NCBI GenBank assembly: GCA_017440065.1
Contig: JAFSHY010000125.1
Span: forward strand, 1-36,482
Source: Oscillospiraceae bacterium
GTDB lineage: Bacteria; Bacillota; Clostridia; Oscillospirales; Oscillospiraceae
Length of the DNA stretch: 36,482 nt
Direction: 5' to 3'
Shown: in pieces, positions 8,138 to 15,964 of the stretch
Layout of the letters: each line of letters begins with the position of its first letter
Numbering within the stretch: position 1 is the first letter of the stretch
Notes under the pieces: model-generated
Databases searched by the model: none
The model's input: only the letters and a program-made list of their open reading frames with translations
What the model was told of the DNA's origin: nothing
Position numbers and translations under genes: made by a program

Positions 8138-10189
8138 TTACTTCTCCCCTGCCTTTCTGTCCGCGATCACAGTCAGCCGATCCCGCAGCTTCGCCAGACT
8201 GCCTTCACACATGGCCTTGAGATCCGCGGCAAAGCGATTCTGCAGATCCTGCCAGTATGCGGCAGAATAATACTGACGGTAGGGTTCGGTCACACGGCGA
8301 AGCTGCAGCAGCGTTTCGGACTGAAGTGCGGCATCCAAAGACGCCAGCGAAGCCAGCACTTCCGCTGCCTGCTTACGGCATTTTGCCGCGCGAACCTTGG
8401 CAGGCTTTCTCCGAAGATCCACAAAGATATAGAACAGCGCATATGCAACGACCGCGATCAGAAGGAAGGTCAGCTTCGGCTTCATGGACTGCATAGCCTG
8501 AATGATGAGCATGCTGGAGACGTAACCCACGGCCACGCGGATGAGCAGTGCAAAGAAGCCCTCTTCCAGGAACGGGATCTCCTTCAGCATGATAAAGCAG
8601 CAGACCAGATAACAGATCACCATGGAGAGGGTACCGGGCATGGCGATCCAGTCAATGGTGGTATCGATCCCCGCCATTTCACCCAATTCGGAAGCAACCA
8701 TGGATACTGCGGGAAATACATTGCCGAGAAGAAGGAAGATGCGGAAGATTTTGGTAAAGGAAGACTGCTTCTTCAGCTTGGAAACCGTTACCTCCGCCCT
8801 CTCCGTAAAGTTGAGGGCTGCTGCACATTTCTGATGGGCAGGTGTTTGCAGGGAAAACTTCTCCACAGTCTTCATGGCATTCACCGCGTCGGCGCAGCAT
8901 TTTTCATGCTCTTCCGCGCACTTCAATCGCCATTTTCTGTTCTCCTCGCAGGTCGCCGCGATCTTATACAGCTCTTCCTGCTTCTGTTCGGAGGCGCAGG
9001 CCAGCGCTTTTTTGAACATGGGCTGACGGGCAATGGGATCGGCATACTGATGAAGCGCTTCCGGGCCGGGGATCTTCATCGCGCACATCATAAGACCAAG
9101 GTACGCATCGGGAGATTCCTGCAGTTCCAGAGACTGACGGAACATGGATTCCGCCACGTCAAAATTGCCGTTGACCAGTTCCACGGTGCCGCGGGTAAAA
9201 TAATTGTCCGCGGAGGTTTCCATACGGATGGCACCGGTTCCCTTGCCGCGCACCTGACGCTGCAAATCAGAAACCTCGTCTCTGTTCTCGCCCGAAAAAT
9301 GGGCAGAGATCATGCCGAAGAGAACCTGCTTGGGATCATCCGCCGCAGAAAGATCGCAGTACTGCGGCTGCTCTCTCAGCACGGCAGGAATGGCATCATG
9401 GCTCAGATTGTAGAACACGGGGATCAGCAGACGTCCGCTGCCCGGTTCTGTGCGCAGCAGCTGTGCGTAGCGGCTCCATTCGTTCTTCACCCAGACAGCA
9501 TTGTAATATTCCTGTCTGGAACCGATGGCCAGCATGACCCTGGCGCTTTGCAGGGCAGCAAAGATTCTGGGTTCATACTCTTCACCGACACCGAGGGTCT
9601 CTTCCGCGAAGAACACCTTATAACCGCGGCGGATCAGCTCACGGTAAAGATCCGCGGCAATTCTCGCGTCCGAGGTACGCTTCTCGCCTTCCTCCGTCTT
9701 CTTATAGCAGATAAAGACGTCATACGGATCTTCCTTGCCGGAGATCTGCAGGCTGCGGGACTGGATCAGATCGATCTGTGCGCTCTTTTCGCGATAGAAC
9801 TTCTCCGATTCATAGTCGGGCGCATAGTCGATGGCCTGCTTGACATAGTGGAATTTGCTGAACTGCTCACGGGAAAGACGGTGAAGTGTGGGGATCTGCT
9901 CCGCGGTATCGGGATCCTGCACGAATTCAATACCGTATTCGCTGACGGCATAGCCCCAGCAGGCAGCCGCCTCCTGCGGAGCGCGGATCAGAATATCTCG
10001 AAATGCCTCACGGGCTTCTTCAAACCGACGTTCGCTTAACAGTTCATTGGCATAGGAATAGGCCTGCATGATGCTCCTGTCCTCTTTGGGCACAGGAACT
10101 TCCGCAAAACAGCGGGTACAAATACCGATATGCGGATTTTCACCGATGACGACATCGGATCCGCAATTATAACATTTCAAATTGCTCAT
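8138..10189 (-). CDS. Membrane protein A: zinc ribbon, TPR-like, canonical TIR domain, 4 C-terminal TM helices
   Basis: 684 aa from the ATG at 10189 (AGGAAA RBS); the track ORF extends to 10243 without an RBS. CYNCGS..x15..CTRC zinc ribbon, AACWGYAVSEYGIEF motif. TIR: YDVFICYKK..x..GYKVFFAEETL..IFAALQSARVMLAIGSRQEYYNAVWVKNEWSRY..LIPVFYN (DVFISY-like, S..Y..S.W..E-like and iiPVfY-like motifs). Four hydrophobic helices at ~500-620. Confidence 0.8.
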   Translation of the reverse strand: MSNLKCYNCGSDVVIGENPHIGICTRCFAEVPVPKEDRSIMQAYSYANELLSERRFEEAREAFRDILIRAPQEAAACWGYAVSEYGIEFVQDPDTAEQIPTLHRLSREQFSKFHYVKQAIDYAPDYESEKFYREKSAQIDLIQSRSLQISGKEDPYDVFICYKKTEEGEKRTSDARIAADLYRELIRRGYKVFFAEETLGVGEEYEPRIFAALQSARVMLAIGSRQEYYNAVWVKNEWSRYAQLLRTEPGSGRLLIPVFYNLSHDAIPAVLREQPQYCDLSAADDPKQVLFGMISAHFSGENRDEVSDLQRQVRGKGTGAIRMETSADNYFTRGTVELVNGNFDVAESMFRQSLELQESPDAYLGLMMCAMKIPGPEALHQYADPIARQPMFKKALACASEQKQEELYKIAATCEENRKWRLKCAEEHEKCCADAVNAMKTVEKFSLQTPAHQKCAAALNFTERAEVTVSKLKKQSSFTKIFRIFLLLGNVFPAVSMVASELGEMAGIDTTIDWIAMPGTLSMVICYLVCCFIMLKEIPFLEEGFFALLIRVAVGYVSSMLIIQAMQSMKPKLTFLLIAVVAYALFYIFVDLRRKPAKVRAAKCRKQAAEVLASLASLDAALQSETLLQLRRVTEPYRQYYSAAYWQDLQNRFAADLKAMCEGSLAKLRDRLTVIADRKAGEK

Positions 10190-10211
10190 CTCTCTATTTC
10201 CTTTACAAGCC

Positions 10212-10907
10212 TCAGCCGACCTTACAGGCGCGGTTGCGGGCATTCAGCAGATTACGGATCACGGGGATCATACCGCGGGCAGCCTTTTCGTCATGGGCAG
10301 CAAGGGCCGCCTGCAGGGATGCGACCTTACCGCGAAGATCGGAATCGTATCCGGCCACTTTCCCCTTAACATCGGGAAGAGAAAGGCGGAATACTTCCGC
10401 CAGGGCGCGAAGCTCCGATGCAAAATCGGGATCTTCAGCAGAATCCGCCAGCGAGAGCAGCACATTGCGCATCACAGTCAGCTCCGAAGCGGCAGCGGCA
10501 TCCTTCCGGTGCAGCTGCTCAGCAGCCTTCGAGGAGGAAAGCGCCAGCACGATCACCACCGCCGCAGCGGCAAATACGATCAGCTCGATCAGCACGATCC
10601 ACTTAATGCCCTCCGCGGGAACGGCAGCAGCAATCATGCCCAGCACCATCGCGATCACGGCATAAGCACCGCCCGCAAAGACCGCGGGAGCCTTATAAAC
10701 CTGATCGTAGGCATTGAGCAGCACAGGCGCTTTGAACCAGATGATGCAGCCCGTAACGGCAAAGGCAAGAACGGTAAAGATAAAACCAATCCAGAGAGAG
10801 GCGGAAGCCGCCTCAAAAATGACAAACAGAGCCACACAATAGATCACGAAAAACAGGCCGAGAAAAGCCAAGGGCGCAATGCGGTTCAGCTTCTTTTCCA
10901 TACTCAT
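10212..10907 (-). CDS. Hypothetical 4-TM membrane protein with cytoplasmic alpha-helical C-terminal tail
   Basis: 231 aa with four clear hydrophobic segments and an Ala/Leu-rich C-terminal ~100 aa. Start overlaps the stop of the upstream SPFH gene by 4 nt and the gene lies 22 nt upstream of protein A, in an operon context. No recognisable family from sequence alone. Confidence 0.6.
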   Translation of the reverse strand: MSMEKKLNRIAPLAFLGLFFVIYCVALFVIFEAASASLWIGFIFTVLAFAVTGCIIWFKAPVLLNAYDQVYKAPAVFAGGAYAVIAMVLGMIAAAVPAEGIKWIVLIELIVFAAAAVVIVLALSSSKAAEQLHRKDAAAASELTVMRNVLLSLADSAEDPDFASELRALAEVFRLSLPDVKGKVAGYDSDLRGKVASLQAALAAHDEKAARGMIPVIRNLLNARNRACKVG

Positions 10908-12247
10908 CTGCCTCCCTTGGGTTCACCGCACTTGGGGCAGAACAGAACATCGGATGCATTGGTATGACCCTTGGAGCAGGTCCAGGGCAGATTGCTCGGC
11001 TTGGGCTGACCGCACTTGGGGCAGAACAGGCAGTCATCCGTATTAACATGACCGTTGGCGCAGGTCCAGCCTGCGGAAGCTGCGGGCTTGGGCTGACCGC
11101 ACTTGCTGCAGAACAGGCTGTCCGCCGCGTTCTGATGGCCGGAAGCGCAGACCCAACCGCCTGCTGCGGCGGAAGCAAAGGAAGCGCTGTTCTGATTGGC
11201 AACATTCATGGCATCGGTCATCATGCCGGACATCTCCTTGGCCATCTGAAGGCCGACGCCGACGCGCATCATATCACTCATCATGCCCGTCATATCACCG
11301 CCCATGGGAACGGCAGGAGAACCGCTGCCGCCGCTGTTCTTGATCATGGTGTTGATGGTATCGAACTGATGCTCCTGAATGGAGGTAATGCCCTCCAGAT
11401 CACGGCGGCGTTTTTCACTCTGAGCGCGGATATAATCCGACTGCGCCTGATAGGTCGTTTCCTTTACGGCCTTTTGCCCCTGAACATCCGCGAGCGTATT
11501 TTCAAATACGGCCTGCTCATATTCAATATCGTGCTGACCGCCGGCAAGAATGCGCTTATCGTAATTCCGTTTGGCAGACTGGTAGGTAGGATCTTCCTCC
11601 GGCATAATGAAGGTATCCAGATAGAAATCCCGCAGGATCAGACCAAACTTGGAGAATTCGGGACGAAGCCGCTGCAGCAGCACATGGTTGATGGTCTCCG
11701 TATGCTGATCCAGCAGGAAGGCCAGCGCCTTCAGTTCGCGCAGGGCATTGGAAAGATAGGGCTTGATCACGGAATTGAGCATACTGTTGAAGGTATCCTG
11801 AATAGCCTTCTGAGAAAGCTCGGTACCGGTACCCAGCAGGTATTCCAGGAACATCGTGACCTGATCGCGGTCGACCTGCATATTCATCGTACCGGAAGCA
11901 CCGATGGGCAGCGCCATCGCTCTGCCGCCGCCGACACCCAGCTCCACACGAACCTTCTGATTCAGCCACCAGGGCATGGCCATATGATAGCTGTGATTGA
12001 TAAAGTAGACCTGCGCCTGGAAATAACGGCCGTATCTGAGCTTGGTAAAGAAGCGCAGGAAGGGATAATTGGACGTTTCCAGAATATGCATACCGGGCCC
12101 GAGGATCTCAACGATTCTGCCGTCCCGAATAAAGACAGCCTGCTGCGAAGGATGTACCACAAGCTGAGCGCCGAATTCAAAATCCTCCCGCTCACACTTC
12201 CATGCAAGCAGTTCTTTCCTGCCGGGATCTACGATCATTGTTTTCAT
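10904..12247 (-). CDS. SPFH/band-7 (COG4260, B. subtilis YdjI-like) protein with three C-terminal zinc-ribbon repeats
   Basis: 447 aa from the ATG at 12247 (AGGAGGG RBS 5 nt upstream); the track ORF starts 30 codons earlier without an RBS. N-terminus MKTMIVDPGRKELLAWKCEREDFEFGAQLVVHPSQQAVFIRDGRIVEILGPGMHILETSNYPF is typical of the COG4260 SPFH group. The C-terminus carries 3 repeats of W.C..GH.N..D.LFC.KCGQPKP. Confidence 0.8.
   Translation of the reverse strand: MKTMIVDPGRKELLAWKCEREDFEFGAQLVVHPSQQAVFIRDGRIVEILGPGMHILETSNYPFLRFFTKLRYGRYFQAQVYFINHSYHMAMPWWLNQKVRVELGVGGGRAMALPIGASGTMNMQVDRDQVTMFLEYLLGTGTELSQKAIQDTFNSMLNSVIKPYLSNALRELKALAFLLDQHTETINHVLLQRLRPEFSKFGLILRDFYLDTFIMPEEDPTYQSAKRNYDKRILAGGQHDIEYEQAVFENTLADVQGQKAVKETTYQAQSDYIRAQSEKRRRDLEGITSIQEHQFDTINTMIKNSGGSGSPAVPMGGDMTGMMSDMMRVGVGLQMAKEMSGMMTDAMNVANQNSASFASAAAGGWVCASGHQNAADSLFCSKCGQPKPAASAGWTCANGHVNTDDCLFCPKCGQPKPSNLPWTCSKGHTNASDVLFCPKCGEPKGGR
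10916..11175 (-). repeat. In-frame tandem coding repeat, 3 copies, period 84-87 nt (zinc-ribbon units of the SPFH protein)
   Basis: ccgcacttggggcagaacag recurs at about 10926, 11010 and 11097, with similar flanking sequence each time. At protein level this is three 28-29 aa CxxC-type ribbon units. Confidence 0.8.
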
Positions 12248-12327
12248 AATAGCCCTCCTAATATCATTTGCAATGCCGCCTCTCAAAAGCAGCAGGATAT
12301 GTTTTGCAGGTATACAAATACGAATAT

Positions 12328-12356
12328 AACATAACACGGAACGATTCTTTTTTCAA
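12328..12356 (-). promoter_or_regulatory. Putative sigma-A promoter for the SPFH/TIR operon (TTGAAA-17-TATGTT with upstream TG)
   Basis: On the minus strand: TTGAAA aaagaatcgttccgtgt TATGTT, about 80 nt upstream of the SPFH start in the divergent intergenic region. The match is moderate. Confidence 0.25.
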
Positions 12357-12480
12357 GTAAAGAATGGAAGATCGACCGTTCATCTCTCCGTTTCCATATT
12401 ATTGTTCGAGAAGGATTTGAAATCACAGAATTGTTATGCTACCATGATAAATGAAAACAGTCATAAGGAAGGATCTATTT

Positions 12481-14103
12481 ATGGAACAATATTTGAAACA
12501 CGATACTGTCGTATATCAGATCTATCCCCGTTCTTTCCTGGATACCAACGGCGACGGCATCGGTGACCTTCGGGGCATCATTCAAAAGCTGGATTATCTG
12601 CAGGATCTGGGGATCAACACCATCTGGCTCTCCCCTGTTTACAAAAGCCCCAACGATGACAACGGCTATGACATCGCCGACTATAAAGCCATCCAGCCGG
12701 AATTCGGCACCATGGAGGATTTTGAAGAGCTGATCGCCGAAGCAAAAGCCCGCGGGATCGGAATCATCATGGATCTTGTCATCAACCACACCTCCGATGA
12801 ACACGAATGGTTTCAGAGAGCACTGGCAGGAGAAGAAAAATACCGCGACTATTACATCATCCGTCCCGGCAAAAACGGGAAAGTGCCCAACAACTGGGGC
12901 AATTTCTTCGCAGACTGTCCGTGGGCGCCGTTCGGCGATACCGGCGAATACTATCTCCATCTTTTCTCCAAAAAGCAGCCGGATCTCAACTGGCGCAATC
13001 CTGCTGTCCTCGAAGAGGTCAAGGATATCATGCGCTTCTGGCTGGAAAAAGGTGTGCAGGGCTTCCGCTGCGATGTGATCAATATCATTTGGAAGACCTC
13101 TCTGGAGGACGGAAAGAAGCAGTTCGCACTGACGGGACAGGAGCATTATCTCTCCCAGCCCGGCTGCCATGAGATCCTCCGCAGGCTGAACGAGGAAGTC
13201 ATCAAACCCTATGGCGCGTGGACCGTCGGTGAAACGGTCTTCGTAGACATCCCCAAGGCAAAAGACCTCTGTTCTCCGGAACGGAAAGAACTGGACATGG
13301 TCTTCTCCTTTGAGCATATGGAATGCGATCAGGTGGGGCTTAAATGGTTCAAGACCCGACTTTCCCTCAAAAAGCTGATGTCCACTCTGACCCGCTGGCA
13401 AAAAGGACTGGGCTGGAATGCCAACTATTTTGAAAACCACGATCAGCCCCGTTTTATCTCCCGCTTCTCCGATTCACAGAACTACCGGAAAGAAGCCTCC
13501 AAGCTGATGGCAGGCCTTCTGATGACGCTTCGCGGCACGCCCTTCCTCTATGAAGGACAGGAGATCGGTATGACCAACGGCGATTTCGCGGATCTCAGCG
13601 AGATCATGGACATCGAAAGCCACAACGTGTGGGCGATGGCGAAAAGCCTCGGCATTCCCGCGCCGATGCGATGGCAGATGATCAAGCGAACCTCCCGCGA
13701 CAATGCAAGGACACCGATGCAGTGGACGTCGGAGGCAAACGCGGGCTTTACGGGCGGAACGCCCTGGCTGAAGGTAAACGGCAATCATACGTCTGTTAAT
13801 GTGGAATCGGATCTGGCCGATCCCGACGGTGTGCATGCGTTCTGGAAGCAGATGATCGCCCTTCGTAAGAGTTCTGACGTTCTTTGCGAGGGACATTTCC
13901 GCTCGGTTCTGGAAAGCGGTTCCGTTTACGCATTTGAACGGATTTTGGGCATGAGACGGATGCTTACCGTCTGCAACCTTTCCGCCAAAGAGATTCCGAT
14001 GCCGGCGCAGCTGAAGGGGTGGAAAAACAGGGTGATCTCCAACTACGATGATTCGAAGGCCGGAATGCTCCGCCCTTTCGAATTCCGTCTGATGCAGCCT
14101 TAA
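12481..14103 (+). CDS. GH13 alpha-glucosidase / oligo-1,6-glucosidase family glycoside hydrolase
   Basis: 540 aa. VYQIYPRSF.DTNGDGIGDL.GI..KLDYL..LGI..IWL.P...SP..D.GYD, DLVINHTSDEH, GFRCDVINI and the EGQEIGMTN catalytic regions are characteristic. The ATG at 12481 has AAGGAAGG 8 nt upstream; the track start 12451 lacks an RBS. Confidence 0.9.
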   Translation: MEQYLKHDTVVYQIYPRSFLDTNGDGIGDLRGIIQKLDYLQDLGINTIWLSPVYKSPNDDNGYDIADYKAIQPEFGTMEDFEELIAEAKARGIGIIMDLVINHTSDEHEWFQRALAGEEKYRDYYIIRPGKNGKVPNNWGNFFADCPWAPFGDTGEYYLHLFSKKQPDLNWRNPAVLEEVKDIMRFWLEKGVQGFRCDVINIIWKTSLEDGKKQFALTGQEHYLSQPGCHEILRRLNEEVIKPYGAWTVGETVFVDIPKAKDLCSPERKELDMVFSFEHMECDQVGLKWFKTRLSLKKLMSTLTRWQKGLGWNANYFENHDQPRFISRFSDSQNYRKEASKLMAGLLMTLRGTPFLYEGQEIGMTNGDFADLSEIMDIESHNVWAMAKSLGIPAPMRWQMIKRTSRDNARTPMQWTSEANAGFTGGTPWLKVNGNHTSVNVESDLADPDGVHAFWKQMIALRKSSDVLCEGHFRSVLESGSVYAFERILGMRRMLTVCNLSAKEIPMPAQLKGWKNRVISNYDDSKAGMLRPFEFRLMQP

Positions 14104-14136
14104 CGGAATCCTGTGTACAAAAGAAAGGAATCGCCC

Positions 14137-15585
14137 ATGGATAAGCAAATCAAACGAAACAAATACTGCTTTGGCCTCGGAACCGTCGGACGTGACGCGG
14201 TCTATACGCTGATCAGCATGTACTTTATTACCCACCTTACCGAGGTTGTGGGCCTCTCGGATGCGCATCTGGCGATCATCGGAGGTCTGATGGTGGTGTT
14301 CCGCGTATTTGACGCGCTGAACGATCCCGTCATGGGTACCATCGTGGACAACACCAAGACCCGCTGGGGCAAGTTTAAGCCGTGGATCATCTTCGGTTCC
14401 GTCACCGCCGGCATTCTTTCCATCCTTCTTTTCAGTGATCTCGGTTTGTCGGACGGCTGGTATGTGGCCGTATTTTCGATCCTGTATCTGCTTTGGGGCA
14501 TGGCCTATACCACGAATGACATCTCCTACTGGTCGCTGATGCCTGCCATTTCCAAGGATCAGAAGGTACGCGAAGGCGTCGGCGCCATTGCCAGGATCTG
14601 CGCCAATGTGGGCATGTTTGCCGTGGTCGTGCTGTATACCATGGTTCCCGATCTGTTCGGCATGGCACCGAAGCAGGCCTACCAGCTCTTTGCCGTGATC
14701 CTTGTGGTGCTGATGTGGTTCTTCCAGGCATTCACGGTACTGGGCGTACGGGAAGACAGAAGCGAACTGAAGAATCAGGAGCATACCTCTCTTGGCGGTA
14801 TGGTAAAAGCCCTTGTGAAAAACGATCAGCTCATGGTCACCGCCATTGCCATGGCGCTGTTCATGATCGGCTACTGCACCACCACATCCTTTGGTGTCTA
14901 CTATTTCAAGTATGCCTACAAGAATGAAGGCACCTATATGATCTTTGCCGCGGTACTGGGTGTGGCGCAGCTGACGGCTCTTTCCGTATTCCCCCTGTTC
15001 AGCAAGCGCTTTACGAGAAAGCAGCTCTATACCGGCTCCATGATCACCGTTTGCGTGGCCTACATCATCTTTTTCTTCTCCTTTGAAAAGCTGGCGCTGA
15101 TCGTGATCGCGGGTCTTGCCCTGTTTTTCGCGCAGGCATTCATTCAGCTTTTGATGCTTCTCTTCCTTGCGGATGCCGTAGAATACGGTGAATGGAAGCT
15201 TGGTAAACGGAATGAATCCGTCAGCTTTGCCGTTCAGCCCTTTATCAATAAGCTGGGCGGTGCCGTCGGTACCGGTATTGTGACCTTGACGCTGATCATC
15301 TCCGGGATCAATCGGGTCTCCAATCAGACCGCGGTCATCGAAGAACAGATCGCGGGAATGACCGACGCAGCTTCCATCGCTGCCGCACAGGCCGAGATCA
15401 CTTCCCTCATTTCCAATGTGCAGGGTTCTCCCATCTGGATCATGAAGATCGCTATGATGCTGCTTCCCCTTGCCTGTATCGTGACAGGATTTGTCATCTA
15501 TTACAAGAAATTCCGTATCGATGAAACGATGTACAAAACGATCGTTTCCGACCTTGCAAATAGAAATAAGGAAACCGAAAGCTGA
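14137..15585 (+). CDS. GPH-family (MelB-like glycoside-pentoside-hexuronide:cation symporter) MFS sugar transporter
   Basis: 482 aa, about 12 TM helices. The N-terminal DKQIKRNKYCFGLGTVGRDAVYTLISMYF..TE..GLS and the RWGKFKPWI signature are typical of GPH symporters. AAAGGA RBS; sits 30 nt downstream of the glucosidase. Confidence 0.85.
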   Translation: MDKQIKRNKYCFGLGTVGRDAVYTLISMYFITHLTEVVGLSDAHLAIIGGLMVVFRVFDALNDPVMGTIVDNTKTRWGKFKPWIIFGSVTAGILSILLFSDLGLSDGWYVAVFSILYLLWGMAYTTNDISYWSLMPAISKDQKVREGVGAIARICANVGMFAVVVLYTMVPDLFGMAPKQAYQLFAVILVVLMWFFQAFTVLGVREDRSELKNQEHTSLGGMVKALVKNDQLMVTAIAMALFMIGYCTTTSFGVYYFKYAYKNEGTYMIFAAVLGVAQLTALSVFPLFSKRFTRKQLYTGSMITVCVAYIIFFFSFEKLALIVIAGLALFFAQAFIQLLMLLFLADAVEYGEWKLGKRNESVSFAVQPFINKLGGAVGTGIVTLTLIISGINRVSNQTAVIEEQIAGMTDAASIAAAQAEITSLISNVQGSPIWIMKIAMMLLPLACIVTGFVIYYKKFRIDETMYKTIVSDLANRNKETES

Positions 15586-15587
15586 AG

Positions 15588-15616
15588 AAAGCACCCCATA
15601 TGGGGTGCTTTTTTAT
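15588..15616 (+). terminator. Rho-independent terminator after the GPH transporter
   Basis: GCACCCCATATGGGGTGC hairpin (9-bp stem) followed by TTTTTTATT. Confidence 0.7.
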
Positions 15617-15656
15617 TCCGAACCTGTTTTAAATATCGACTGCACTTCGCTGATAA

Positions 15657-15920
15657 AATGGCGGAGTGCCGGGGAGGCAGGCTACAATTGGGGATCACCG
15701 GTATCTGAGCGAGGATGCTCCTTATTCCATGGTCTGCCTTTCCTCCCTTTCGCGGGCATTGGGATTGAAAACACCGCTGATGGATTCCATTGCCTATCTG
15801 GGCGGCGCTTTGATGCAGACCGATTACTGGGCAAACGGCAGAACGGTGAAAGACCTCGGCATGGAAAACTTGACACTTGATGAAATGAAAGACCTTTTGG
15901 AAAACGGCTATCCCGAATAA
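15657..15920 (+). pseudogene. 3' remnant (about 85 codons) of an opine-dehydrogenase-family gene
   Basis: The frame opens immediately after tandem TGA TAA stops. It encodes ..GDHRYLSEDAPYSMVCLSSLSRALGLKTPLMDSIAYLGGALMQTDYWANGRTVKDLGMENLTLDEMKDLLENGYPE, which parallels the C-terminal domain of the gene at 1-1111 ([32 protein letters not shown]). No N-terminal Rossmann part is present anywhere upstream. Confidence 0.55.
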
Positions 15921-15928
15921 GGAACAAA

Positions 15929-15962
15929 GCCTCCGTATCGTTATCTGATACGGAGGCTTTTC
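15929..15962. terminator. Bidirectional hairpin terminator between convergent genes
   Basis: GCCTCCGTATC-gttatct-GATACGGAGGC, a perfect 11-bp stem. TTTTCC follows on the plus strand, and on the minus strand it sits directly after the hydrolase stop. Confidence 0.6.
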
Positions 15963-15964
15963 CA

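Noticed and set aside
4138-12334. Long plus-strand ORFs 4138-5490, 5788-7227, 8834-10039 and 10964-12334
   Set aside because: All lie antisense to the domain-rich minus-strand operon genes, have no RBS, and give biased, motif-free translations typical of high-GC antisense frames.
1228-12480. Track start codons 1228 (TTG, LysR) and 12451 (ATG, glucosidase)
   Set aside because: Downstream ATGs at 1240 and 12481 carry proper Shine-Dalgarno sequences (GGAG, AAGGAAGG) and match family N-termini. The track starts do not.
12475-15594. Minus-strand ORFs 12475-13440 (321 aa) and 13474-15594 (706 aa)
   Set aside because: Antisense to the clearly recognisable GH13 glucosidase and GPH transporter. No start context; His/Gly/Asp-rich nonsense composition.
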